Positions 19,089-29,665 of a stretch of 64,000 nt of DNA are shown piece after piece. Below the pieces are notes generated by a model. The model searched no databases. It saw only the letters and a list, made by a program, of their open reading frames with translations, and had not been told where the DNA came from. The translations under genes and the position numbers were made by a program. The first letter of the stretch is position 1; each line of letters opens with the position of its first letter. The DNA is taken from NCBI GenBank assembly GCA_963665815.1, contig OY762463.1, forward strand, positions 224,001 through 288,000, written 5' to 3'. This DNA comes from Candidatus Cloacimonadales bacterium. GTDB taxonomy: Bacteria; Cloacimonadota; Cloacimonadia; Cloacimonadales; JAIOQZ01.

Positions 19089-22000
19089 TTACTCAAAATA
19101 AGTTCTTCTTAATGAAACAATAACCTCAGTACCTTCATCTATTTCTGATTTCATGTTTACCTGACCCTTCAGTTTCTCAGAGATTCTCTTTACAATACTG
19201 AGTCCCAGTCCCTCCCCTTCTACTTCAGGAATTGTTCCTGCCCTGTAAAATACATTCCAGATTCGTTCCATATTTTTAGCTTCAATACCAATACCGTTGT
19301 CACAAACATGGTAATTATTGAAAAGACTATCCTTTTCAGCAAAAATGTTTATTGTAAGATTTTGTCCTCTTTTTCGATACTTGATACAATTTGATACTAT
19401 GTTAGAGAACAACTGATTCAAGAGATTCTTGTCTGCATAGCAGTTAGGAAGCTCTTCAACACGGACTTCAATTCCATACTTATCAATTTCATATTTGTAA
19501 CTGTTCAGGACTGACTGTACAAATTCATTCATATCAATATTCTCAACACTGATCGGTGCTCGCCCGGTTCTGGAAATTTTAAGAAGACCCTTGATAAGAA
19601 TATCCATTTTCTTTACATTGTTGAATATGAAATTCATGGATTGTGGCAACTGATTAACTGTAATATCCTGAAACTCATCGTCATTATATAATTCAAGGCA
19701 TTTCTCTTTCACGATTTCGGAAATTTTAAATGAATGTCTGCTGATTCTGTCGGTAAATCCCTGAATGTTAACAAGTGGAGATCTTAAATCGTGTGATGCA
19801 ACATACAGATAATTTTCAAGCTCCTTGTTCTTCTCTTTTATTAAAGCTTCGGCCTTCTTTTTCTCTGTTATGTTCAATCTTGTACCACAAATTCTGGATG
19901 GTTTTCCATCTGATGTAAAGCTGACAATTTTACCTCTATCTAATACCCATATCCATTTCCCTGATTTATGTTGGAGTCTTAATTCACACTCAAACATATC
20001 GTTAATCCCATTAACATGATCCTCGAATTTTTGTAAAACAGAGCTCAAATCTTTCTCATGTATTAACTCCTTCCAGAATGCTGGATTATCTCCGATCTCA
20101 TCGACTGTATAACCGAGCATTTCAGCATATCGGTCATTTATGATTAATGAATTTGCAGGAATATCTATATCCCAGCTGCCAAGATCAGCCCCTTTCAATG
20201 CCAGATCAAGTCTTTTACTGCTTTCTTTTAAGAGGAATTCCGATTGTTTTCTATCGGATACATCTCGCACTAATTCTACAAGAAATTCAATGTTTCCGTG
20301 ATTATCAAGTATCGGGAGTATCCGGAGATCAATCCATATATTGTTATCAAGATGTATTTCTTCCTGATATGGTTCTTTCGTTTCAATAACTTTGCTGACT
20401 TTGCATTCGGGGCAAATTGCATCAAAATTACGATATGCTTTGTAACACTTTGTACCGTTTTTTCGATTTACAGGTGAAATATTAAATACACCATTCCAAT
20501 TACTAAAAATTATGTTCATATCAAGATCATGCAGAGAAACGAGATCAGGGACAGTTTTCAGTACTTTATCAAATCTTTCTTCATTTTTACGAATTGTTTC
20601 ATGAAGTTTATATTCCTGAGTTACATCTCTGAACACTAAAACTACTCCTGTAACAGCTCCGGTTGAGTCTTTTATCGGTGCTGCTGAATCAGCTATCTGA
20701 TACTCAAGACCATCTCTGGATTTAAGGACTGTATGATTTGCCAGCCCCACTATTTTACCATTCTTAAGAACTTCCTCGACAGGGCATTCTGCCATTTCAC
20801 CTGTCTGTGAGTTTGAAATATTGAAAACCTCTGAAAGCATTTTACCGGAGGCTTCATCAGATATCCAACCTGTAAGTAATTCAGCTATTGGATTCATCCG
20901 GTCAATTTTTCCCTGATAGTCGGTTGTAATGACGGCATCTCCAATTGAATTTAGGGTTGTACTAAGTTTTTCAGCCATCTGTACAAATTTGTTTCTATCT
21001 TTACTTAATTTTTCAATTAAAAGCGCGATTATCACACTTCCAACAAAAATTATGAAAAAGCTCATCATTCTCAATATAATATGATGTAAATCATGCTTAA
21101 TCAGGAATAGATTCAGAATATTAGCACCTTCTTTATTAAACCAGAAGTAATACATCAATACATCAGTAATCCAGACTAAGATTGCTATGGTGACACCTGC
21201 AAACAAAGTGTTAAGTGATGCCCTGGTAGAGAATAACTTGCTGAATCCGGAAAGATCACGAATATATTCCGATATTGCAAGTAAATACAGGCAAATAATA
21301 AGTATTATGAATATTGATATAAGTATTAAGTTATCGGCTATAATTTTATGTTGATGTTCATCTAAAGCCCATTTTTCAATTATTTTATTATAGTCTTCGG
21401 TTAATGTATTGTTTTCATTTTCCATGAAGTTGTTTATTCTGTTCAGTATATTTTTATCGGAAGAACTTGCTGAGGCAAAATATGTTTCAAATGGATGGAA
21501 AACAATGGCAGTGTGAATAGCTTGCTTATCGATGAATTTCACATTTAGTAAAGTCATTCTATCACCAATACCACAATCAAACTTTTTACTGATAATACCT
21601 TTAAACATTTCCGGGTAATTTTCAACTTCAATCAATGTATATTTGATGTTAAACTTATCGGCAAATTCAATAAAGTGATTCTTAAACATGGATTTTTTTA
21701 CATATGCAACATTTTTACCGTTAATATCTAACATAGACTCTATTGCATTGTCAGTACTGGAAAATACTGTTCCCCAACTGGATATTACAGGAATTTCAGA
21801 AAAATCAAGTAAACTGTCTCTTTGCTGTGTATAGCCTATAGGAACCATAATATCAGCTTTCCCGGTGGAAACTTGCTTTAGTGCATTCGAAAATGTTGTG
21901 CTGTGATATGATAATTTCCAGTTGTTTTTTTTCCCTGTTTCTTCAAGGATATCTTTCGCCAGACCACGTGTTTGCCCATCTTTATCAGTAAAAATGACAG

Positions 22001-22091
22001 GTTTTTTCTCGAAGTAAACAACATCTACATTTATTGATAAGATAACTGAGAACGAAAACAGTATTATCAGTGCAGTAAAGAGCTTATTCAA
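19089..22091 (-). CDS. Sensor histidine kinase: periplasmic substrate-binding domain, TM helices, three PAS, HisKA, HATPase
   Basis: PBP-like N-terminus; PAS motifs (SIGDAVITTD, WDID, WIWVLDRG); H-box YVASHDLRSPL; DNGIGI, GEGLGLS. Confidence 0.92.
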   Translation of the reverse strand: MNKLFTALIILFSFSVILSINVDVVYFEKKPVIFTDKDGQTRGLAKDILEETGKKNNWKLSYHSTTFSNALKQVSTGKADIMVPIGYTQQRDSLLDFSEIPVISSWGTVFSSTDNAIESMLDINGKNVAYVKKSMFKNHFIEFADKFNIKYTLIEVENYPEMFKGIISKKFDCGIGDRMTLLNVKFIDKQAIHTAIVFHPFETYFASASSSDKNILNRINNFMENENNTLTEDYNKIIEKWALDEHQHKIIADNLILISIFIILIICLYLLAISEYIRDLSGFSKLFSTRASLNTLFAGVTIAILVWITDVLMYYFWFNKEGANILNLFLIKHDLHHIILRMMSFFIIFVGSVIIALLIEKLSKDRNKFVQMAEKLSTTLNSIGDAVITTDYQGKIDRMNPIAELLTGWISDEASGKMLSEVFNISNSQTGEMAECPVEEVLKNGKIVGLANHTVLKSRDGLEYQIADSAAPIKDSTGAVTGVVLVFRDVTQEYKLHETIRKNEERFDKVLKTVPDLVSLHDLDMNIIFSNWNGVFNISPVNRKNGTKCYKAYRNFDAICPECKVSKVIETKEPYQEEIHLDNNIWIDLRILPILDNHGNIEFLVELVRDVSDRKQSEFLLKESSKRLDLALKGADLGSWDIDIPANSLIINDRYAEMLGYTVDEIGDNPAFWKELIHEKDLSSVLQKFEDHVNGINDMFECELRLQHKSGKWIWVLDRGKIVSFTSDGKPSRICGTRLNITEKKKAEALIKEKNKELENYLYVASHDLRSPLVNIQGFTDRISRHSFKISEIVKEKCLELYNDDEFQDITVNQLPQSMNFIFNNVKKMDILIKGLLKISRTGRAPISVENIDMNEFVQSVLNSYKYEIDKYGIEVRVEELPNCYADKNLLNQLFSNIVSNCIKYRKRGQNLTINIFAEKDSLFNNYHVCDNGIGIEAKNMERIWNVFYRAGTIPEVEGEGLGLSIVKRISEKLKGQVNMKSEIDEGTEVIVSLRRTYFE

Positions 22092-22632
22092 ATCTGTCTC
22101 CTTTTAGAGAGTGATGTATGATTTTTATTGCAAAAAAGGGACCTGCTATTATTAAAGTACCTGTCATGTGGGCAAGAGCCCATTTAAGCCAGCCGGAAAG
22201 TGCTTTGTCAACAGGTATCAAACCCAGGATGAATTTAGATCCAATTCCTCCTGTAGCTGTAAGAACTGGAGTAAGAATTGCACCAAGGAAGATAAGTAGG
22301 AAAACTCCCCGCCTTATTTTGTACTCAGCTGAATGCTCATATTTTTTTATCAGTAAAGCCGAAACAGTTGGTCCAATAGTATTCATTATGGAAATCATGC
22401 ATGCAAAAATGAAACTGCTGCCAAGAGAAAAATAGTTAGCTGCAATTGCTCCCAGTGCAATTCCCGGAGATACTTTCCATCCAAAGTAATATGCAGCAAT
22501 GAATGCAATGGATGCTGCTGGCCAGACGGGCATGGGGAGAATTCCTAAATTGTGGAATATGAGATAATTCACATGAGATACACCCCAGTATAGAACAATG
22601 ACATATAAATTATTCCTTATATTTTTTCTCAT
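22084..22632 (-). CDS. Stand-alone MASE1-domain membrane protein
   Basis: PVWPAASIA...PGIALGA, W-A-L-A-H-M-T-G; about 5 hydrophobic segments; overlaps the kinase start. Confidence 0.75.
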   Translation of the reverse strand: MRKNIRNNLYVIVLYWGVSHVNYLIFHNLGILPMPVWPAASIAFIAAYYFGWKVSPGIALGAIAANYFSLGSSFIFACMISIMNTIGPTVSALLIKKYEHSAEYKIRRGVFLLIFLGAILTPVLTATGGIGSKFILGLIPVDKALSGWLKWALAHMTGTLIIAGPFFAIKIIHHSLKGDRFE

Positions 22633-22793
22633 AATAAGTCTCCCTGAATTGATACTGATTCAATATTACAAATATACTCTGTATTTGCTACATTGTCAAA
22701 ACATATTTATTTACAAATGATTTTTTTTATTCCTAAAAAGAATTCATTTCTTTACTAATTTATGAAATGTACAATTCTGGCAGTGGAGTGAAT

Positions 22794-23930
22794 ATGGAAT
22801 TTTTATATCAAAATGAAAAAAAATACTTTGGGCAAATTGCCGGAAGTATGGAGTCTCTGGGACTGCGTGAGTTGATAAGTCTTGGAGCATATGACGTTAA
22901 GTCAGGATACAGAGGTGTTTACTTTAAAGCAGATCAGTACACCCTATATCGTATTGTTATGACATCAAGATTGTTTTCACGGGTACTTATACCTTTAAAT
23001 AAATTTGACTGTCATTCAACAAAATACTTGTACTCTAAAACCAAAGAAATACCCTGGGATTCTTTTTTCAGTGTAAAAAATTCATTCAGGATTTTTTCAA
23101 CAGTGTCAAACAGTAAAATCAGGCATTCCAAGTATGCGTCGCTTGTTATGAAAGACGCTATTGCTGACTATTTCAGAGAAAAGTATGGTGAAAGACCTTC
23201 GGTAGATACTGCTAATCCTGATGTGACCTTTAATCTGCATATAGATAAGAATTTTGCAGTCATCAGTATTGATGCAAGTGGTGAATCAATGCATAAAAGA
23301 GGATATCGTATAAAAAGCGTGAATGCTCCAATGCAGGAGACACTTGCTGCTGCAATCCTGGATCTCTCGGGGTGGGATGGAACTAAGAAACTATATGATC
23401 CATTCTGCGGATCAGGAACAATACTGTGTGAAGCAATTATGAAGTACTGTAATATTCCAGCTTCCTATAACAGAGCAAAATTTGGTTTTAAGTATCTCCC
23501 TGATTTCAATCAGGAGATGTATAATAAGGTTTTAACTGAAATTCACGATGTAACACGGGATTTACCTGAAGGCTTGATTTCCGGTTCTGATATCAGTAAA
23601 ATGGCTGTAGAAGCAGCAAAAGAAAACATATCAGATCTTGAATACGATCTGGAAATTTTCAGAATGCCTTTCCAGAAACTTGGCAATTTCACTGACACAG
23701 TATTTGTAACGAATCCACCATATGGAAAAAGGCTCGGTGATGAGAGCAAAGTAAGAGTAATGCTTAAAGAATTCGGGGATTTCCTGAAAAATAACTGTAA
23801 GGGTTGTGAAGCATATATTTATCTCGGAGATTACAAGCTTGTGAAATCTCTTGGTTTAAAACCAACCTGGAAGAAACCGTTAGTTAATGGTTCTCTTGAT
23901 GGGCGATTAGTCAAGCTGGAGTTATACTAA
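22794..23930 (+). CDS. THUMP-domain class I SAM-dependent RNA methyltransferase (RlmL/YpsC-like)
   Basis: SMHKRGYR, APMQETLAA, DPFCGSGT, TNPPYGKRL; likely start 22794 (GGAG SD). Confidence 0.9.
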   Translation: MEFLYQNEKKYFGQIAGSMESLGLRELISLGAYDVKSGYRGVYFKADQYTLYRIVMTSRLFSRVLIPLNKFDCHSTKYLYSKTKEIPWDSFFSVKNSFRIFSTVSNSKIRHSKYASLVMKDAIADYFREKYGERPSVDTANPDVTFNLHIDKNFAVISIDASGESMHKRGYRIKSVNAPMQETLAAAILDLSGWDGTKKLYDPFCGSGTILCEAIMKYCNIPASYNRAKFGFKYLPDFNQEMYNKVLTEIHDVTRDLPEGLISGSDISKMAVEAAKENISDLEYDLEIFRMPFQKLGNFTDTVFVTNPPYGKRLGDESKVRVMLKEFGDFLKNNCKGCEAYIYLGDYKLVKSLGLKPTWKKPLVNGSLDGRLVKLELY

Positions 23931-24087
23931 TTTTTCTTATCTGAGTTTTTGAACGGGTGCAAAAAAAATATTTTCCTCTGTGAAATGTTAATATGGTATT
24001 AGGATTATGTTAGATTTAATTTCTTGACTGTTATAAACTTAATCAAAACTTTGAAAATGTAAAAATATCAAAAAAAATGGAGGAATA

Positions 24088-25476
24088 ATGATCCGTAAGT
24101 CTACAATTGATCGGGTGATTAACAAAGCCTTGTCAAACGGTGCTGATTTTGCAGAAATCTTTGCTGAGAATACTTACTCTTCAACTCTTAATATGAACAA
24201 TAGAGTTATCAAGCAAAGTATTGTCGGAAATGATTATGGTGCAGGAATCAGAGTGTTCTATGGCAATAGTGCAATTTATGCCTATACAAATGATCTTAGT
24301 GAACAATCACTGATGAAAGTCGCTGAGGCTATCAGTAAAGCACAATCTTCAGATACAATCATTAAACCTGTAGAAGTTGAAAAAGAAGATGTAAATTCTA
24401 TTCATAAGTTTATGCAAAAACATGATGATGTATCCAAACAAGAAAAGATTGAAATATTGACAAGAGCTGACAAAGCTGCAAGAAACTATGATTCTTTGAT
24501 TACAGAAGTTGATATAAGAATGATGGAGAAAATGCAGAGAGTTTTGATTGCTAACAGTGAAGGGCTTTATAAAGAGGATGAACGATTTTATTCACGACTT
24601 TATACTACTGCAATTGCAGAAAAAAATGGTGAAAAGCAAACCGGATCAGATGGTCCCGGATCTTTACAGGGATTTGAGTTTTTCAGAAATCTTGATGTAG
24701 ATAAAGTTGGTATTGAAGCTGCACGTATCGCAGTAACAATGATAAATGCAGATTACGCACCGGGTGGAACTTTCCCGGTAATTATAGATAATGGATTTGG
24801 AGGAGTTATCTTCCACGAAGCGTGTGGACATGCTCTGGAGACAACTTCAGTTGCCAAAGGTGCATCGGTTTTTGCCGATAAACTTAATCAGAAGATTGCT
24901 CATGAAGCAGTTACAGCAATTGATGATGGTACAATGCCAAACACATGGGGATCTATTGCAATTGATGATGAAGGAACTCCAACACAGAAAACTGTTCTTA
25001 TCGAAAATGGTATCCTGAAATCATTTATGATTGATAAACTTGGCGGAAGAAAAATCGGTATGAAATCTACCGGATCCGGAAGACGCCAGTCATATAAGTT
25101 TGCTCCTACATCCAGAATGAGAAACACATTTCTTGCTCCGGGGAAATATAAACTGGAAGATCTGATTGCTACTGTTGATTACGGTATATATGCTAAAAAA
25201 ATGGGTGGCGGATCAGTTATGCCCGGAACAGGAAATTACAATTTCTCAGTTGCAGAAGGCTATATCATAAGAAACGGAAAAATTATGGAACCGGTAAGAG
25301 GTGCTACTCTTATTGGAAACGGTGCTGAAACTCTTCATAAAATCAGTATGGTTGCAGATAACCTGGCATTGGCTCCCGGTATGTGCGGTTCTGTGAGTGG
25401 AAGTGTACCAACAACAGTTGGGCAGCCTGCTATCAGAGTTGATGAGATAATTGTTGGCGGAAGAAAGGAGCAGTAA
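24088..25476 (+). CDS. tldD: TldD metalloprotease
   Basis: HEACGH, DDEG, SRMRNT, GMCG...VGQP. Confidence 0.92.
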   Translation: MIRKSTIDRVINKALSNGADFAEIFAENTYSSTLNMNNRVIKQSIVGNDYGAGIRVFYGNSAIYAYTNDLSEQSLMKVAEAISKAQSSDTIIKPVEVEKEDVNSIHKFMQKHDDVSKQEKIEILTRADKAARNYDSLITEVDIRMMEKMQRVLIANSEGLYKEDERFYSRLYTTAIAEKNGEKQTGSDGPGSLQGFEFFRNLDVDKVGIEAARIAVTMINADYAPGGTFPVIIDNGFGGVIFHEACGHALETTSVAKGASVFADKLNQKIAHEAVTAIDDGTMPNTWGSIAIDDEGTPTQKTVLIENGILKSFMIDKLGGRKIGMKSTGSGRRQSYKFAPTSRMRNTFLAPGKYKLEDLIATVDYGIYAKKMGGGSVMPGTGNYNFSVAEGYIIRNGKIMEPVRGATLIGNGAETLHKISMVADNLALAPGMCGSVSGSVPTTVGQPAIRVDEIIVGGRKEQ

Positions 25477-25477
25477 G

Positions 25478-26824
25478 ATGAGTGATAAAATGAGAAATGA
25501 AGATAAATTTGAACTTATCAGAAAATATGCGGAAGGCAGAGTGGATGATATTGAAGTTGTAATGAGTACTGATCAAACTTTCTCTACCAGGGTGCATAAA
25601 CAGAAAACAGAATCTTTCGACTACTCCAATAGTAAGGGAATAGGACTCAGAATCAAGAAAGACGGGAAAATCGGTTATTCATACACAGAAAATTTTGATG
25701 ATGATGTAATTAAAGGAATGATAGATGAAGCTATTGCTAATTCCAAAATTCTAAGCTCTGATGATGAAGAGTATATTGAAAAATTCGATCATGAAGATAA
25801 AGATCTTAAAATATATAATCCTGATTTAAATTCTATTCCTATTGAGAAGAAAATTGAACTGCTTAAAGCTCTTGAAGATAAAATCTACAAAATGGACAAA
25901 AGAGTAATCAATGTACCTTATTGTGGTTATAGTGATGGCTCATCAAGCTTCAGAATTTTTAACTCTAAAGGAATGGATAAAACTTTCTCAAGCAACAGTG
26001 TTGTAATGTATGCTGGAGCTCTTGCCGAAGAAAACGGTGAAAAGAGATCAGCAATGGATTTCATTATTACAAGGGATTTTGCTGACGTTAACCCGGATAA
26101 AATCGCAGAGAAATCTGTAAGCAAAACAATTGATCTTCTTAACTCAAAACCTCTCGAAAAGGGACAATATCCTGTTGTATTTAACAACTCTGCAGCTTCA
26201 TCATTGCTGGGTACTTTTATTGGTACTTTCTCATCAAGAGAAGTACAGGAAGGTCGGTCTCTGCTTAAAGGAAAGATGAACACTAAAATTGCAGGAGATA
26301 ATGTAACTCTTATTGATGATGGTCTCTATGTTAATGGAATATCTTCCAAGCCATTCGATGGTGAAGGATATCCATCACAGACAACAGTTCTCATGGAAAA
26401 CGGTGTCTTGAACAATTTCCTTTATAACACAATCACTGCACGAAAAGATGGAGTTAAATCCACAGGCAATGCAAGCCGATACTATAAAGGCGAGATTGGT
26501 GTTGGTACAACAAACATTATCCTGAAACCGGGAACAGATAACAGAGAAGCTCTTCTCGGAAGTGCTAATAAGGTAATAGAAATTGTTTCTCTTCAGGGAC
26601 TCCATTCCGGAGCAAATCCAATATCTGGAGATTTCTCATTGTCAGCTGAAGGATTTCTTTATGAAAACGGCGTAAAGCAGCATTCACTTAAAAGCTTTAT
26701 CGTCTCAGGAAACTTCTTTGATGTGATGAAGAATATCGATGGGTTTGCTGATGACTTCGAATTCAGTATGAGCTCAATCGGAACAGCATCCATTCTTGTT
26801 AATGGACTTGCCGTAAGCGGTTAA
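25478..26824 (+). CDS. pmbA: TldE/PmbA family protein
   Basis: PFDGEG, STGNA, GANPISGDFS; no HExxH; follows tldD; AGGAG SD before ATG 25478. Confidence 0.9.
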   Translation: MSDKMRNEDKFELIRKYAEGRVDDIEVVMSTDQTFSTRVHKQKTESFDYSNSKGIGLRIKKDGKIGYSYTENFDDDVIKGMIDEAIANSKILSSDDEEYIEKFDHEDKDLKIYNPDLNSIPIEKKIELLKALEDKIYKMDKRVINVPYCGYSDGSSSFRIFNSKGMDKTFSSNSVVMYAGALAEENGEKRSAMDFIITRDFADVNPDKIAEKSVSKTIDLLNSKPLEKGQYPVVFNNSAASSLLGTFIGTFSSREVQEGRSLLKGKMNTKIAGDNVTLIDDGLYVNGISSKPFDGEGYPSQTTVLMENGVLNNFLYNTITARKDGVKSTGNASRYYKGEIGVGTTNIILKPGTDNREALLGSANKVIEIVSLQGLHSGANPISGDFSLSAEGFLYENGVKQHSLKSFIVSGNFFDVMKNIDGFADDFEFSMSSIGTASILVNGLAVSG

Positions 26825-26844
26825 GATATATATTATCATAATAG

Positions 26845-26876
26845 ACAGGCTGTAAACTTTGCAGCCTGTTTTTTTT
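26845..26876 (+). terminator. Intrinsic terminator of tldD-pmbA
   Basis: ACAGGCTGTAAA-C-TTTGCAGCCTGT followed by T7. Confidence 0.85.
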
Positions 26877-27338
26877 ATCCTCTACAATTTTTTTTTACTG
26901 ACACATTTATTCTGACATAAATAGACAATTTGATTTAACAATTTTGACACATAAGTATGTAAGTTGGCAATGAATTATTTCATTACAATAGTTTTTCATC
27001 TTTATTATAGTTTTTTTTGTCAAACATATAATTTGCTTTGAGAACTATTTGATATTATCTATCATACAAAACTGCTGTTTTAACTAATCGGAAAATATAA
27101 AAAACTTTACAATGAATAAACTAATATATTTTTTGAATGTGCATTCGAGAGCATTTTTCTCAGGGTGTGAGTTTCCAATTACTTCTTTTATCAGTTTGTT
27201 GTTTAATAAATATAATTGCTACCTAATTTAAATTGCCGTTTTTAACTATCAATGTAAGTACTCTATAAAACAAATTATCATTTAATTGACAAAAAACAAA
27301 TATATTTAAGTCTGCATGTAAAAAATGGTGGAGGTTCC

Positions 27339-28319
27339 ATGATTCCGGTTATAGATTTACATGCAGATTCTTTTTCTAAGCGCATGGCTTACGACAGACA
27401 TAACATTTTCGATAAATGCTACATCAAAATAAAAAACAACTTCTACAGTCTGGAAAGCTCATTTCATATCAATGATCAGGCTGTTAAACAGGGTAACCTG
27501 AGAGTTCAGACGCAATCGCTTTATATAGATGATGCAGAAATGCAGTATCCGTTCAAAGCCGGAATGATGATGATTCAGAAGATGCTGAAGTTCGTACAGG
27601 ATCATGATGAGTATATAATCATTCGGAATCAGGCTGATCTTGATCGATGTCTCAACGGTGAGAAATACGGCATTCAGATTTCTATTGAAGGTCTGGAAGT
27701 ACTCGAAAACAATCTTGATCTACTGGATATCTTCCATGAGCTTGGGGTAAGGATTATTGCACCCACATGGAACAGAGTACTCCCGTATATGATGCCTGTT
27801 GGCTGCGAGGGGGGATTGCTGAAGAAAGGTAAAAGACTGATTGAGAAGATGAATAACTGGAATTGTCTGATAGATGTTTCTCATATGTCAGAAGGAAGCT
27901 TCTTCGATGTGGAAAGGGAATTCAAGGGGATTATGATTGCATCCCACTCCAATCCGAAAACACTTAACTCTCACCAGAGAAATCTGACTGACGATCAGGT
28001 TAAGGTTATTCAGGAGCGTGGGGGAGTCATGGGTATAAATCTGGCACCTGCGTTTATAGAACCAATTGACAAAAAATCTGATAACGGTCTGGAATGGATT
28101 TATGGGATTGTCGATTATGTATGCTCAAATTTCAGCGAGGATATCATTGCATTTGGCTGTGACTTTGATGGAATAATGTCATTACCTCCCGGAATAAAAG
28201 ACTGCAGTTTCTTCTCGGAACTCAATTCATATCTATCCCAAAAGGGATTTAGCAATGATCTTCTGGAGAAGCTGTACTACAAAAACGCGGAACGGGTTAT
28301 CAAGTCAGTGTTACCATAA
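27339..28319 (+). CDS. Membrane dipeptidase (peptidase M19 family)
   Basis: IDLHAD, SIEG, DVSHMS, ASHSN, RNLTD, GCDFDG. Confidence 0.9.
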   Translation: MIPVIDLHADSFSKRMAYDRHNIFDKCYIKIKNNFYSLESSFHINDQAVKQGNLRVQTQSLYIDDAEMQYPFKAGMMMIQKMLKFVQDHDEYIIIRNQADLDRCLNGEKYGIQISIEGLEVLENNLDLLDIFHELGVRIIAPTWNRVLPYMMPVGCEGGLLKKGKRLIEKMNNWNCLIDVSHMSEGSFFDVEREFKGIMIASHSNPKTLNSHQRNLTDDQVKVIQERGGVMGINLAPAFIEPIDKKSDNGLEWIYGIVDYVCSNFSEDIIAFGCDFDGIMSLPPGIKDCSFFSELNSYLSQKGFSNDLLEKLYYKNAERVIKSVLP

Positions 28320-28406
28320 TAAATAAATACCAAAACAAGGAAATATTTAAGAAAAAACATTGGAATTCTTGACATCAATCACGATGTTTCAATTGTAAAT
28401 CAAATA

Positions 28407-28462
28407 GAGAGCTTTGCATAATTGCAAAATCGAGTCAAATACTTCAATTATTCAAAGGTCTC
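28407..28462. mobile_element. 56-bp MITE-like element with IS5/IS1106-like terminal inverted repeats
   Basis: GAGAGCTTTGCATAAT ... ATTATTCAAAGGTCTC (14/16 inverted match); homologous to 10047-10126. Confidence 0.6.
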
Positions 28463-28489
28463 AAAAAATATTCGAATAAATTTGGAGGA

Positions 28490-29665
28490 ATGATGATATA
28501 TAGAAAATCAATAGATGGGAAACTGGAAGTTTCACCTTTAGGCTTTGGTGCAATGCGACTGCCATTAAATAGTGATGATCAGAAAGATATAAATGAAGAA
28601 AAAGCAATTGGCATGATCCGCTCTGCGATCGACAGTGGAATTAATTACGTAGACACGGCTTATGACTACCACCAACAGCAAAGCGAACGTCTGGTAAACA
28701 AAGCTCTACAAGACGGATACAGAGAAAAAGTTCTGCTGGCTGATAAACTCCCTATGTGGCATATCAAAGAAAAAAAAGATATGGAACGCATTTTTAACGA
28801 GCAATTGGAAAAACTCGGAACGGATAAAATTGATCTCTATATGCTTCATGCTATGAATGCTAAGTACTGGCAGCTTGTTAAAGACTTTGATATTATGAGC
28901 TGGATGGAACAGAAAAAGAAAGATGGCAAGATCGGACAGATCGGTTTTTCATTTCATGATTCTTTTAACTCCTTCAAAATGATTGTTGATGAATATGATA
29001 AATGGGATTTCTGTCAGATTCAGTATAATCTGATGGATGAAGACTATCAGGCTGGAAAGGCAGGTCTGAAGTACGCCTACGAAAGAGGGATTAATGTAGT
29101 TGTGATGGAACCGCTCAGAGGTGGAGATATTGTTAAAAGCATACCGGATCAGGTTAAAGAAGTCTATGATACTGCTGAGAATAAAAGATCATACGCAGGG
29201 TGGGCATTGCAATGGCTGTGGGATCAACCGGAAGTCTGGCTTGTCCTCAGCGGAATGAACACTCAGGAAGAAGTAGACGAGGATGTACGTCTTGCTGCTG
29301 ATTCCGAAGTAAACAAATTCTCTGAAGCAGATGCAGCACTGATTAAGAAAGTACAAGATCAGTACAGAAACATGCAGTTCACAAGATGTACCGGGTGTAA
29401 CTATTGTAAGAGCTGTCCGGAAGGAATAAATATTCCTCAGCAGTTAAAACTTCTTGATGAGTATTCTATGTATCATAATGATGCAAAAGTAAAATTCCAC
29501 ATGATGTTTGTTAAATTCGAAGAACGAGCAATTCATTGTACTGCATGTGGCCATTGCGTTGAGCTTTGTCCTCAGCAGATTGATATTCCTTCACATTTGA
29601 AGAAGTACTCAGAAATGTACAAAAACTATGGTCTGCCAATGGAAAAGCCTGAGGTTAAGAAATAA
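28490..29665 (+). CDS. Aldo/keto reductase with C-terminal 4Fe-4S dicluster
   Basis: LGFGAMRLP, DTAYDYH, GFSFH, VMEPLRGG; CTGCNYCKSCP and CTACGHCVELCP. Confidence 0.9.
   Translation: MMIYRKSIDGKLEVSPLGFGAMRLPLNSDDQKDINEEKAIGMIRSAIDSGINYVDTAYDYHQQQSERLVNKALQDGYREKVLLADKLPMWHIKEKKDMERIFNEQLEKLGTDKIDLYMLHAMNAKYWQLVKDFDIMSWMEQKKKDGKIGQIGFSFHDSFNSFKMIVDEYDKWDFCQIQYNLMDEDYQAGKAGLKYAYERGINVVVMEPLRGGDIVKSIPDQVKEVYDTAENKRSYAGWALQWLWDQPEVWLVLSGMNTQEEVDEDVRLAADSEVNKFSEADAALIKKVQDQYRNMQFTRCTGCNYCKSCPEGINIPQQLKLLDEYSMYHNDAKVKFHMMFVKFEERAIHCTACGHCVELCPQQIDIPSHLKKYSEMYKNYGLPMEKPEVKK

Noticed and set aside
26964..26980. Intact sigma-54 promoter at TTGGCA
   Set aside because: The -12 GC is missing (TGGCAATGAATTATTT)
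24088..27338. RiPP (microcin-like) cluster around tldD/pmbA
   Set aside because: No YcaO, radical SAM, transporter or credible precursor ORF; a terminator follows pmbA
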